From the IMG/VR virus record IMGVR_UViG_3300037423_002564: 64,000 nucleotides of DNA. One strand, 5' to 3'. Positions 19,364 to 28,544 of this stretch are shown piece after piece; position 1 is the stretch's first letter, and every line of letters starts with the position of its first letter. This stretch comes from a virus. Made by a program: the position numbers and the translations under genes. The notes under the pieces are model-generated. The model did not search any database. It was not told the DNA's origin and saw only the letters and a list, made by a program, of their open reading frames with translations.

Positions 19364-20476
19364 CTACTTCACGTAGTCCACGGTCTTCGAGAGCAGGTCG
19401 GGCACCGCCGGCGCCGGGAAGATGCAGCCGGGCGTGGTCGGCCCCGCGGGCGACATCACCATGAGCTGGTTGTTCATCCAGAACACGAGCGCCTTCAGGT
19501 ACGCCACTAAGTCGTTGCCCATCGGCGCGGGCTGGCCGCCCTGGCCGCCCAGATGGACGTGCGGGCAGTTCAGGAGGTAGTCGACGTCGACGTCGACCTC
19601 TTGCCGGCCGCCGATGATGGTGCGCTGATCCTTGGTCACGGCGAGCGCGTGGTGGCCCATCACCTGCTCGACCTTGTCGGCTTTCAGCATGATGTGCTGG
19701 TTGCCCTTCTGGTCGGTCTTCATGGTGTAGACCGCACCATTGGGCCCCGAGAGCTTCACGTCGATGAAGCTGTCGCCGTCGCCGATGCTGGCCTCGAAGT
19801 CAAAGGTGCCGGCGTAGGTGTTGCTGGCCTTCGCGTTGCCGCGGATCACCATGCGCGTCTTGCCGCCCTCGTTGACGTGCTGGATCTCGCCCCAGTCGCT
19901 GAAGACGTCCAGGTTGCGGCTCACCAGACGCACGAGGTCGTCCACCTGGTTGAGCACGAGCTGGCAGAGGTCCGAGACCTTGATCCCGGCCACGCCGCCG
20001 CGGCCGGCGTAGACCATCGCGCCCTCCGCGCTGCGGAACCCCATGTCGCCCGAGAGGACGTCGCCCGGCCGGTGCGAGCGGAAGTTCTTGCCCGGGTCGC
20101 CGCCGGGGTGGTAGATCCGCGGGGTGCCGGTTAAGGAGAGGTGGGTGTTGACCTCGTCCGCGTAGTCGTCGCGCTCCGGCGTGCCGCTCTTGAAGAGCGT
20201 GGGGCCCGGCGCGAAGCCCTCGATGGCGTCCGTGCCCATGCGCTTGCCGGTGATGGCGCGCCAGCCGGGGCTGGGCGAGCCGAACCAGCCCTCGCCGTCC
20301 GGCCCCACCATGCCCAGCCAGGGCACGCCGGCCGCCGCCTCGTCCCGCCCGCCGTACACCGTGGCCGTCTGGCGCACGGGGTCCACCGTCATCACGGTCG
20401 CGGCATCACCGCCATGGCCGCTCTCGGCATGGCTGTGCTCGAACGCGTTTCTGGGGGTAGGAGGGGTGCCTTCCAC
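19364..20476 (-). CDS. Putative baseplate central spike (gp5/gpV-like)
   Basis: GTG 20476 with GAGG RBS; N-terminal VMTVDP..TATV..GVPW..P.PG OB-fold pattern; C-terminal beta-helix-like repeats and HLGG..PAPMGNDL. Confidence 0.55.
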   Translation of the reverse strand: MEGTPPTPRNAFEHSHAESGHGGDAATVMTVDPVRQTATVYGGRDEAAAGVPWLGMVGPDGEGWFGSPSPGWRAITGKRMGTDAIEGFAPGPTLFKSGTPERDDYADEVNTHLSLTGTPRIYHPGGDPGKNFRSHRPGDVLSGDMGFRSAEGAMVYAGRGGVAGIKVSDLCQLVLNQVDDLVRLVSRNLDVFSDWGEIQHVNEGGKTRMVIRGNAKASNTYAGTFDFEASIGDGDSFIDVKLSGPNGAVYTMKTDQKGNQHIMLKADKVEQVMGHHALAVTKDQRTIIGGRQEVDVDVDYLLNCPHVHLGGQGGQPAPMGNDLVAYLKALVFWMNNQLMVMSPAGPTTPGCIFPAPAVPDLLSKTVDYVK

Positions 20477-20540
20477 GGTGCCTCGTGTGGTAGATTGGTA
20501 GTACCGACAGGCCACAGTATACCATAGGGAACGGCGCGAG

Positions 20541-20867
20541 ATGGCACAGGATTCGACCTTCAAGGACTTCGTCGACGGGCGGGCCAAGTACCGCGACGGC
20601 GTGGTCAACGGCACGTTCCCGTCCTACGACCGGTCCGTGGGGCCGGCCGACCCCACGTCGCTCCTGGCGGCCGTGCAGAACGACGGGTCGGTGGTGCGCA
20701 AGGCGGCGACGCAGAACGCGGCCGACATGCTGCTCGCGAGCCAGCGTGCGGTGGACATGCGCAAGATGAGCCACCGCGACTACATCGACGCCTACAAGGC
20801 CAGCGCCGGCTTCATGGAGAACTACGACCGCAGCCGCCTCGACCGCTTCGGTCGGGGCCAGGTATAG
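20541..20867 (+). CDS. Hypothetical protein
   Basis: Divergent ORF with phage-like codon usage. Confidence 0.6.
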   Translation: MAQDSTFKDFVDGRAKYRDGVVNGTFPSYDRSVGPADPTSLLAAVQNDGSVVRKAATQNAADMLLASQRAVDMRKMSHRDYIDAYKASAGFMENYDRSRLDRFGRGQV

Positions 20868-20898
20868 CCCTCCCTATAATAGGCTCGGGAGGGAAACC

Positions 20899-21354
20899 GT
20901 GGCTTTTGGCTTCTCTTCGGGCGCGTTTGAATCCGTCGGGCCCGGCCTGTTCATCGTCCACTTCGACCGCGGCTTCAACACCGCCCACTTCGCGAGCGGG
21001 CTGGAGAAGCTCGCCTTCGAGGTCTTCTTCTGCCTGCTGACCAGCCAGGGCTCGATCCCCAACGACCCGGACTTCGGCACGCTGCTGCGGCAGTTCATCG
21101 GCCAGATGGGCCTGGGCGCGGACACCAACGAGGCGAGCATCTTCATCACGAACGAGGTGATCAAGTGCGAGAACCAGGTGCGAGGGCGCCAGGCCGCCCG
21201 CAACCTGCCCCTCGACGAGCGCCTCAAGCAGATCGTCCTCGACGAGGTGGCGATCGACCGCAGTGCCCAGAGCGCGACCTTGCGCCTGTTCATCGTCAAC
21301 GAGCTGGACCAGACGGTCGGCTTCGAGATTCCTAGCGTGGGAGGTGCCCCTTGA
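20899..21354 (+). CDS. Baseplate wedge protein, gp25/GpW-like
   Basis: LLTSQGSIPNDPDFGTLL motif; directly upstream of the J-like gene. Confidence 0.75.
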   Translation: MAFGFSSGAFESVGPGLFIVHFDRGFNTAHFASGLEKLAFEVFFCLLTSQGSIPNDPDFGTLLRQFIGQMGLGADTNEASIFITNEVIKCENQVRGRQAARNLPLDERLKQIVLDEVAIDRSAQSATLRLFIVNELDQTVGFEIPSVGGAP

Positions 21355-22814
21355 ACGACGTGATCCTGGCCCAGGCGAAGGACCTCATGGTCACGGCGCT
21401 CAAGGAGCTGGCGCCGGAGATGGACCTGTCGGAGGGCACGCCCCAGTACGACCTGTTCATCAACCCGCTCCAGTCGCTGGTTGCGGCCATCGTGGAGCAG
21501 AACAACGCGGTGGAGGCCCGCCGCAACGCGGCCCAGGACCAGTGGGCGAGCCTCACGACGGCCGAGGCCGACGCGGAGGCCGCGCTGAAGTTCACGGAGC
21601 GCTTCAAGGGCGGCAAGTCCGTCGGCAGCGTGCGCATCAAGTTCAAGAAGGCCGTGGATCTGCGCCTCAATCCCGGCAACATCGTGAAGGCCGGCGACCG
21701 GGTCTACCACCCGTTCGAGGCCGTGGCGATTGCCGGCACCTCGCTCGCGCGCGACCCCATCCTGGGCTACTACTACGCGGACTTCGTGATCCAGGCCGAC
21801 CAGAACGGCAGCGCCTACGACATGCCCGCCGGCGAGGCGGTCGTGATCGACAGCTACGCGAACGACGACAACGTGCTGGAGAGCCTGACCTCCGGCCCGG
21901 TGCAGGGCGGGTTTGACGATGAGACGAATGTGGAAATGTACCAACGTGTCCAGCGCAACCAGACCACGCGCAACCTGGTGAGCGCGCTCGCCATCGAGGC
22001 CGTGCTGAAGGAGCGCTACAGCACCATCATCCGCCGGCTCCAGGTGGTGGGCTACCAGGAGCCGGAGATGCTGCGCGATCGCGTCTCCTTCGTCGACACC
22101 ACGCTCAACGTGCCGCTGACGCTGAACCTGGGCGGCAACACCGACGTCTACGTCCAGACGCCCATCGTGCGCCAGACGGTCGAGGTCTTCTTGCCGGCGG
22201 GCGAGAGCGAGATCGACCTCGCGCCCTACCGCGCCGTGCTCAAGATCCACGGCGTCCGCGACAAGGACGAGCCCACCGCCACGCCGTTCTATGCCATGAT
22301 CAACTGGGACCCCAAGCTGCGCTACAGCGCATTGGACCCGCTGAAGCTCTATGTGGACCCGGGACTGGGCGGGCGCACGCTCCAGCTCGACATGAGCTAC
22401 GCGCCGGACGTCGTGACCATCAACGACTTCTGCCAGAGCGCGCCCGTGCGCCTCACCTGCGCCAACCTCCTCGTGCGCTACTTCCACCCCGTCTGGCTCT
22501 CCGCCAACATCTACGCGCAGGGCGCGGTGGGCCTGGAGGTGGAGATCGCCCAGGCCATCAACGGCTACCTCGCCACCGTGACGGGCGACGACCCGGTGGT
22601 GGTCTCGAAGCTGACGGAGGCGATCCACTCCGTCGGCACCGCGATGGTGTTCCAAGACTTCGAGCTGACGGCCGAGGTGCAGCTATCGGGCGGCCCGCCC
22701 ACGACCACCAACACGGCCACCACCCTGAACGTCGCGGCGAACTACGACCGCGGCTTCAGCGCCCGCGTGGCGCTCTACATCAACGAAGGCATCAGGGTTA
22801 CGGCCATCGTCTAA
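21351..22814 (+). CDS. Baseplate J-like wedge protein
   Basis: PEMDLSEGTPQYDLFINP, A..NGSAYD, GGFDDETN.EMYQR, LGGNTDVYV. Confidence 0.8.
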   Translation: MNDVILAQAKDLMVTALKELAPEMDLSEGTPQYDLFINPLQSLVAAIVEQNNAVEARRNAAQDQWASLTTAEADAEAALKFTERFKGGKSVGSVRIKFKKAVDLRLNPGNIVKAGDRVYHPFEAVAIAGTSLARDPILGYYYADFVIQADQNGSAYDMPAGEAVVIDSYANDDNVLESLTSGPVQGGFDDETNVEMYQRVQRNQTTRNLVSALAIEAVLKERYSTIIRRLQVVGYQEPEMLRDRVSFVDTTLNVPLTLNLGGNTDVYVQTPIVRQTVEVFLPAGESEIDLAPYRAVLKIHGVRDKDEPTATPFYAMINWDPKLRYSALDPLKLYVDPGLGGRTLQLDMSYAPDVVTINDFCQSAPVRLTCANLLVRYFHPVWLSANIYAQGAVGLEVEIAQAINGYLATVTGDDPVVVSKLTEAIHSVGTAMVFQDFELTAEVQLSGGPPTTTNTATTLNVAANYDRGFSARVALYINEGIRVTAIV

Positions 22815-22873
22815 CTTTTGTAAAACATCGCGAAGTCGGTCCAGCCTTATGGTAGATTGGTCGTGCCAATCTA

Positions 22874-22968
22874 CCTAAAAGCGAGGGCCGATCGTGTCAT
22901 ATAACCTCACGGGAAACATAGCGTTTTCTGGTCAACTGCGTGGGTCCACCCGCAAGGAGGTTCATATG
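22874..22968 (+). repeat. Repeated promoter/leader element, copy 1
   Basis: CCTAAAA-N17-CATATAACC, hairpin CGGGAAAC/GTTTTCTG, GGG-TCCA-CCC hairpin, GGAGG, ATG; similar to 23632-23726. Confidence 0.75.
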
Positions 22969-23376
22969 ATCCAGCGTCTCTTCAGCTTCCGCCGCAAGCC
23001 CGCGCCGGTCCTGGCCGTCCTCTTCCCCGAGGTGTGGGCGCAGGTCGACGCGCTGCCGCTCAAAGTGCGCGCCGTGCTCACCAACGCCGCCCCGCCGAAC
23101 ATGCTCGTCGCCGGCATCCATCCGATGATCGACGACGGCATGGACGCCACCTACCGCCAGGAGACGGGCCCCGGCACCCCGGGCGTCCACTCCCTGATGG
23201 TCAGCTTCGTCCCGAACAAGCCGGCCTGGAACTCCGCCGACCAGCAGACCGTGGACGTCCTCCTGACGCCCGAAATGGCGCTGGCCGTCTACCAGGTGCG
23301 CGCGCAGCTCGGCTGCGGCTACCGTCTGGCCTGCCGGAAGAGCTGGCAGGCGGCGTCCCGCACGGTGAAGGTGTAG
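22966..23376 (+). CDS. Hypothetical early protein
   Basis: ATG 22966 after AAGGAGG. Confidence 0.7.
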   Translation: MIQRLFSFRRKPAPVLAVLFPEVWAQVDALPLKVRAVLTNAAPPNMLVAGIHPMIDDGMDATYRQETGPGTPGVHSLMVSFVPNKPAWNSADQQTVDVLLTPEMALAVYQVRAQLGCGYRLACRKSWQAASRTVKV

Positions 23377-23378
23377 CC

Positions 23379-23636
23379 ATGCAGCGCTACGATCTCGAAC
23401 CACGCTGGGACGAGCCCAACAACCGGGCTGGCCGGCGCCACCGCTACGATCTTGACTACGACTACCACGGCGAACGGGGTGCGGGTTCCTGGCCTCCGGT
23501 CCGGCGACCCCGCGGCCGGCGGCCCCGCGCCCACCGCTCCCGCCACGACGTGCGCTTCCACCGCCCGCGCCGGCGCTTCGAGCTGGTGGTCGAAGAGGTC
23601 GTCCTGGCCCCCGAATGGGCCGTGGAAACGGCCTAA
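23379..23636 (+). CDS. Small Arg-rich hypothetical protein
   Basis: ATG 2 nt after the upstream stop (MQRYDLEPRW). Confidence 0.5.
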   Translation: MQRYDLEPRWDEPNNRAGRRHRYDLDYDYHGERGAGSWPPVRRPRGRRPRAHRSRHDVRFHRPRRRFELVVEEVVLAPEWAVETA

Positions 23637-23726
23637 AAAACCGGTTAAAACCCCCCATATAACCTTACGGGAAACACTGCGTTTTCCGGTCACGATGCGG
23701 GTCCACCCGCGAGGAGGTTCACGATG
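23632..23726 (+). repeat. Repeated promoter/leader element, copy 2
   Basis: CCTAAAA-N17-CATATAACC, hairpin CGGGAAAC/GTTTTCCG, GCGGG-TCCA-CCCGC, GAGGAGG, ATG. Confidence 0.75.
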
Positions 23727-23975
23727 GCGACTGCCACCAACAACACCGTCCCCACCGCCGCTGCCGCTGCCACCCCGGCCCCCAAGCAGCCGCTGGTCGC
23801 CCTGTCGGCGAACGGCACCCTGGTCTTCGCCCCCAAGGCGGTCGACGCCGCCAAGGTGGTTGCCAAGGGCGCCGCCCTGGCCGCCATCGGCTTCGGCCTG
23901 TCCAAGCTGGGCGTCAAGGTCAGCGACCTGAACGCGCCCAAGCCGGCCGGCTGGTTCGATGCCTTCTACTGGTAA
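23724..23975 (+). CDS. Small Ala/Gly-rich putative membrane protein
   Basis: Strong RBS; hydrophobic GAALAAIGFGL segment. Confidence 0.7.
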   Translation: MATATNNTVPTAAAAATPAPKQPLVALSANGTLVFAPKAVDAAKVVAKGAALAAIGFGLSKLGVKVSDLNAPKPAGWFDAFYW

Positions 23976-24071
23976 GACGCACGTCGAGCGCCCCCATCCG
24001 GGGACGCTCCCTCGTGCGCCTTTGCACGATGTTACCCACGATGCGGGCCCACCCGCGAGGAGAAGAACACC

Positions 24072-24380
24072 ATGACCCAGACCAACAACGCCTCCCAGCC
24101 CTCCGTCCACAACCCCAACCCCGGCACCACGGTCGCCCTGCCGTCGCTCCAGCCCATCGTCTACTTCGACGTGGAGGAGCTGATCGACGCGGCGGCCCGC
24201 AAGGCCAAGAGCGCCGTGGCGGCGGTCACGGACCCGGCGCTCCACCAGAAGGTGGGCCACGGGCTCGCGACCGTCGGCAAGGCCGCGGCGGTGGTGGGGC
24301 TGGCCGTCGGTGGCGCCGTGTTGGCGTCCGGCGGTATCCCCCAGAAGCCCGCGGCCACCAAGCTGTTCGGTCTCTGGTAG
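24072..24380 (+). CDS. Small putative membrane protein
   Basis: GAGGAG RBS; hydrophobic AAAVVGLAVGGAVLA segment. Confidence 0.7.
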   Translation: MTQTNNASQPSVHNPNPGTTVALPSLQPIVYFDVEELIDAAARKAKSAVAAVTDPALHQKVGHGLATVGKAAAVVGLAVGGAVLASGGIPQKPAATKLFGLW

Positions 24381-24388
24381 GAGCCCAG

Positions 24389-24450
24389 CCCGCCCCCGCT
24401 GCCTTCGGGCGGCGGGGGCGGGTGCCCCGGCCGCCCGGCCGCCTTTTTCT
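24389..24450 (+). terminator. Strong hairpin / probable terminator
   Basis: 15-bp stem with cUUCGg loop (24389-24422), then a small GC hairpin and a T-run. Confidence 0.6.
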
Positions 24451-24477
24451 TACGTGCCCGCGGCACAGGAGGTTCCG

Positions 24478-24759
24478 ATGGATTCCCCGCTTCTCACCCG
24501 GCAACTGCCCTTCGTCGACATCCCCGGCGGCAAGCCCGTCTCGATCACGCCGGACGGCGCCTTCACGCCCGTCACCAAGTACTACGTCCGCTTCCACAAC
24601 AACGGCGAGGACTACGCCCTGGCGGCCTTCACCGACCACCCCATCGTGGCCCTGATCCGCGTGGGGCTCCAAGGCTTCGAGGGCTACCGCCGCGCGGACC
24701 TGGTGACGCTCGACGAGCTGCGTCTGGCCGTCGAGGTGGCGAAGACACCATGCGCCTGA
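24478..24759 (+). CDS. Hypothetical protein
   Basis: ATG after AGGAGG. Confidence 0.65.
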   Translation: MDSPLLTRQLPFVDIPGGKPVSITPDGAFTPVTKYYVRFHNNGEDYALAAFTDHPIVALIRVGLQGFEGYRRADLVTLDELRLAVEVAKTPCA

Positions 24760-25055
24760 ACATCCCGCCCTATGGGGCCGTGACCCTGCACGCCACCCAC
24801 CCCAGCTCCGGCCGCGAGCTGGGCCTGCACCTGGAGCGCGACCAGCTCAAGAACGCCCGCCTGTCCATCAAGGGCGTGGTGGGCACCGTGCGCAACGGCC
24901 GCTCCATCCAGGTCGCCCAGGGCGCGCTGGTCGTCTTCGACCGCGCCGGCGTCGGCCACCCCTACCCCATCCCCGCCGACGGGCTCGATGTCGAGCTGCG
25001 CGGCAGCCTGTTCGACTTCGAGAAGTTGACGGGCATCAAGGTTCCCCCTCGGTGA
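24750..25055 (+). CDS. Hypothetical protein
   Basis: Overlapping operonic ORF. Confidence 0.6.
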   Translation: MRLNIPPYGAVTLHATHPSSGRELGLHLERDQLKNARLSIKGVVGTVRNGRSIQVAQGALVVFDRAGVGHPYPIPADGLDVELRGSLFDFEKLTGIKVPPR

Positions 25056-25168
25056 ACGGGTCCTGCGGCGCTGCGAGCGTCGGGGGCGCCGTTGGCTGGC
25101 CTTCCGGCCGGCCCGCGGCGCTCCCGACGCCGGCGCCGGGATCCCACCGACCGTTCTTTTAGCTCCCC

Positions 25169-25492
25169 ATGAAGGAGGACCCCGTGGAAGACCTGCTCAA
25201 GACCTTGCTCGAAGACCTCATGAAGGACAACTACGTCAAGCACACCTTCGGCAAGCGCATCGAGAAGGCGCTCAAGAAGCTCGACGAGACCGGCGGCGCC
25301 GACCCGGCCACCCTGGAGGCCGCGCTCGCGGCGCAGACGGCGATCGCCACGGTCGTGAAGCGGCTGGGAGGTGGCGCGAAGGCGCCCTCGAAAAGCCCCA
25401 AGCCCGCCACCGCCGACGACGTCAAGCGCGCCGCCAAGCCCCCCGCCGAAGCGGGCGGCGCGGGCCGCGCCCCTCGCGCCGCCGCCAAGTAA
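25169..25492 (+). CDS. Hypothetical protein with Lys/Ala/Pro-rich tail
   Basis: ORF with phage-like codon usage; true start may be the GTG a few codons in. Confidence 0.6.
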   Translation: MKEDPVEDLLKTLLEDLMKDNYVKHTFGKRIEKALKKLDETGGADPATLEAALAAQTAIATVVKRLGGGAKAPSKSPKPATADDVKRAAKPPAEAGGAGRAPRAAAK

Positions 25493-25907
25493 CGTGCCGA
25501 GCTGCGCCAACTGCCGCATCGCCGGCACCTGCATCCTACCGCAGAAGGCCGAGGGCCGCGCCTGCGGCTTTCACAACCTCAACCTCAACAAGATCATCAC
25601 GAAGGCCAAGCCGGCCGGCGTGAAGATCGCCTACGGCAGCGTTCCGACGCCGCCCACGCCCTCGCCCCAACCCGGTTCGCCGGCGCGGGACACCACCAAG
25701 AGGAGATGAAGGACAAGCCCCACGAGACCACCCCCGTCGAGGCCATCCAGCTCGCCGTCACGATGCTGGGCTTCGCGATCTTCTTCGTCAAGGCCCTGAC
25801 GGGCAGGAGGTAGCGATGTTCTGGAACTATCGCGACGAAGAGCCTACCATGAGCCCCGCCGGCTTGCTGTTCTACGGCCTGCTGGTTCTGTTTTCCAAGT
25901 TTATGAA

Positions 25908-26516
25908 GTGAGGATGAACGTGACGACTGACATCACTATTCCGCCGGACTTGCCGCGTGCCGGCAGCCCCAAGGACGACGCGCGCAACATGGTGCTGCGC
26001 GATCTGGTCTGGCCGCTGATCGACGAGAAGAGCCAGAACAACATCGACAAGCGCCTCTGGCGCGGCGGCTTCGACATCGACAACGACGGCAAGTGGTACG
26101 TCGCCTACCACGACACCCCGGAGCGCTACAAGAACGGCGTGGCCCACGTGGCGTCGGTGATGAGCCGTCTGACCTTCTACGTGCCCCTGCCGGAAGACGG
26201 CTGCACGCTGTCGGGCGAGACCTGCAACTTCCTGCGCAACGCCACCGAGCTGAAGATCGTGGCCCAGGACGGCAGCACGGTCGACGTCGAGGTGCAGCTC
26301 CACGACAAGACGACCGAAGAGGGTCTGCCCGTGGGCAGCCTGGTCCCGCCGGCGGGCGTCAAGCTCTCGCACGCCGCCTGCCGCTTCACGTTCTACGGCG
26401 AGGACGTGGAGTACGAGGACAAGGGCCAGAAGGGCATCGAGGTCGTTATCTACGTTCGCCGCGGCGACTTCGGGAGGGCCAATGGACAGGCTGGAGATAG
26501 TTCCCATCGAGATTAA
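25908..26516 (+). CDS. Hypothetical protein
   Basis: ORF with phage-like codon usage. Confidence 0.65.
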   Translation: MRMNVTTDITIPPDLPRAGSPKDDARNMVLRDLVWPLIDEKSQNNIDKRLWRGGFDIDNDGKWYVAYHDTPERYKNGVAHVASVMSRLTFYVPLPEDGCTLSGETCNFLRNATELKIVAQDGSTVDVEVQLHDKTTEEGLPVGSLVPPAGVKLSHAACRFTFYGEDVEYEDKGQKGIEVVIYVRRGDFGRANGQAGDSSHRD

Positions 26517-28530
26517 ACGGGTGCCGGTCGACTTCGAGGACACCGTGAAGCGCCTGCGCACGCTGCTGGGCGAGCGCTTCATGATCCTCGGCGGCGCCGT
26601 GCGGGACATGTACTGCCTGGGGAAGTTCACCACGGACGTCGACGTCTTCGTCGACCACCAGGACTTCCCCGGCGGCGTCTCCGCCAAGCTGGGCGGCAAC
26701 GAGTTCGACAACCGGGGCGTGGTCGGCCACGGCCGCGCCAACCCCTACATGCGCTCCGGCGTGCTGTGGGTGGAGGGCTACGTCACCAAGACCAGCCTGG
26801 CCTCGCGGGGCAACCCGGGATGGGAGAAGGGCATCCCGGTGCAGGTGGTGGTCACGACCGACCCCGTCCTGGCCCTGCACTCCTTCGACTGGACCATCTG
26901 CCAGTTCGGCTACCAGCCCGGCGTCGGCTTCTTCGCCACCCGCCAGGCGCTGGAGAGCTGGCACGACAAGAAGCTCTACCTGTTCAAGTGCCACGCCTTC
27001 AGCCGCACCGTCGAGCGCATGGTGAAGCTCGCCAAGCGGCTGGGGCTGGGCGTGGACGAGGCGAGCGTCAGCATCCTGCACCACCGGGCCCAGTCGGAGA
27101 CCGACTTCGAGCGCCTCAAGAACAAGCCCCTGTCACGCCCGAAGGTGCCGGGCGACAAGAAGAAGCGCATGACCCTGGCCCAGATGAAGGATCTGAAGGA
27201 CGCCAACATGCGCAAGGACGTGGATTCCGTCATCAAGGGCGCCAGCATGAAGGGCATGAACGTGGCGGCCGTGATGCACCAGCTCCGCCACCACATGGGC
27301 TTCGAGCTGGGGCCCCTGGCCCGCGCCTTGGTCGACCACGACATGCCCAACCTGCGCTGGCTGGTGGAGTACGCGGAAGGCCGCATGATGAAGCCCACCA
27401 ACGACTTCGAGGTGGGGTTGACCGTGCGGCGGCCGGTGGGCGAGGTCACGTCGATGGTCACGGACTTCGACGTCTTCCACCTGCACGCGGACCACGCCCT
27501 CGCGGAGTTCCGGCTCTTCCGCGCCAACGTGCAGGAGGTCATCACCAGCTTCGAGAAGACGCGTGACATCGTCGCCGTGGCCCCGGAGCGGGATCGCTAC
27601 CTCCAGCGCCTGGCGAAGATCGAGCAGGCGATGGTGGACCTGCTGGCTGCCCAAGAGGCGGACTTCGCCGAGGGGCTGGTCACGACGGTCCACGAGCCGG
27701 GCTCGGAGCGTGCCAAGATCGACCGGGTGCGCCTGGGCAAGTTCCTGGGCAAGCTCGTCGACCACCTGGAGAAGCTCCCCGACACCGTCTCCATCGGCAC
27801 ACTGAAGCCCACCGAGCCCAAGAACGGCGAGCCGCCAGAGGACCGACCGAAGGTTGGTCAGATCACGGCGCCGGCGGAGACCCGGCTGGCCCTGGTGGCG
27901 CGGGCGAAGGTGCTGTACCGCACCTTCGAGCAGCGCGGCCGGGCCTGGGAGGCGCCGGAGTTCGAGGGCGTGGACTTCGTGGTCAGCAACGACTTCACCG
28001 ACCTCATGACCATCTCCACCAGCGGGCCCTGGGGTTCGCGCTGCTGGACGAGCTGCCAGAAGCTGGGCTCGGACATCGGCTACTACCGCTCCGTGGCCGC
28101 CAACACCCGCCACACCCTGGTGGCCTACCTGGCGAAGGGCACGGACTGGCTGGGCCGCGTGCTCCTGCGCGTCAACCCGCAGGAGCGCGCGATCGCCATC
28201 GAGCGCTTCTACGGCAACGACCACTACCACCGGGCGCTGATGGAGTGCATCCAGCAGCACCTGGGGGCCCACGTCAAGCCTGGCGTGGTCTATTCGGGCT
28301 ATGACTATCTGCCCTACTCCGACTGCTACAGCCCGTTCTGGGGGAAGCACCTGGTGCCCAGCATCGACACCCGGATGGACCGGACGCGACGCGAGGCCCT
28401 GGCCGAACCCGAGGTTATCGGGATCGTGGACCAGCTCGCCGGCCCGGAACGGGACCCGGACGAATGGGACACGCCTGGCTACTACAGCAGCGTTTCGGAG
28501 AAGGGGCAGGAGGACGAGCTTTGGTTCTGA
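26482..28530 (+). CDS. Nucleotidyltransferase (CCA/poly(A) polymerase head-like) fused to an unknown C-terminal region
   Basis: ILGGAVRD...TTDVDVF...FDWTICQFG is a class II-like NTase head; C-terminal WTSCQ..LVAYL..GRVLL..IERFYG region. Confidence 0.7.
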   Translation: MDRLEIVPIEIKRVPVDFEDTVKRLRTLLGERFMILGGAVRDMYCLGKFTTDVDVFVDHQDFPGGVSAKLGGNEFDNRGVVGHGRANPYMRSGVLWVEGYVTKTSLASRGNPGWEKGIPVQVVVTTDPVLALHSFDWTICQFGYQPGVGFFATRQALESWHDKKLYLFKCHAFSRTVERMVKLAKRLGLGVDEASVSILHHRAQSETDFERLKNKPLSRPKVPGDKKKRMTLAQMKDLKDANMRKDVDSVIKGASMKGMNVAAVMHQLRHHMGFELGPLARALVDHDMPNLRWLVEYAEGRMMKPTNDFEVGLTVRRPVGEVTSMVTDFDVFHLHADHALAEFRLFRANVQEVITSFEKTRDIVAVAPERDRYLQRLAKIEQAMVDLLAAQEADFAEGLVTTVHEPGSERAKIDRVRLGKFLGKLVDHLEKLPDTVSIGTLKPTEPKNGEPPEDRPKVGQITAPAETRLALVARAKVLYRTFEQRGRAWEAPEFEGVDFVVSNDFTDLMTISTSGPWGSRCWTSCQKLGSDIGYYRSVAANTRHTLVAYLAKGTDWLGRVLLRVNPQERAIAIERFYGNDHYHRALMECIQQHLGAHVKPGVVYSGYDYLPYSDCYSPFWGKHLVPSIDTRMDRTRREALAEPEVIGIVDQLAGPERDPDEWDTPGYYSSVSEKGQEDELWF

Positions 28531-28544
28531 AAGGAGATCCTCCC

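Noticed and set aside
20476-20614. ORF-track start 20614 for the spike-like gene
   Set aside because: It overlaps the divergent gene at 20541 and the intergenic motif; GTG 20476 has an RBS.
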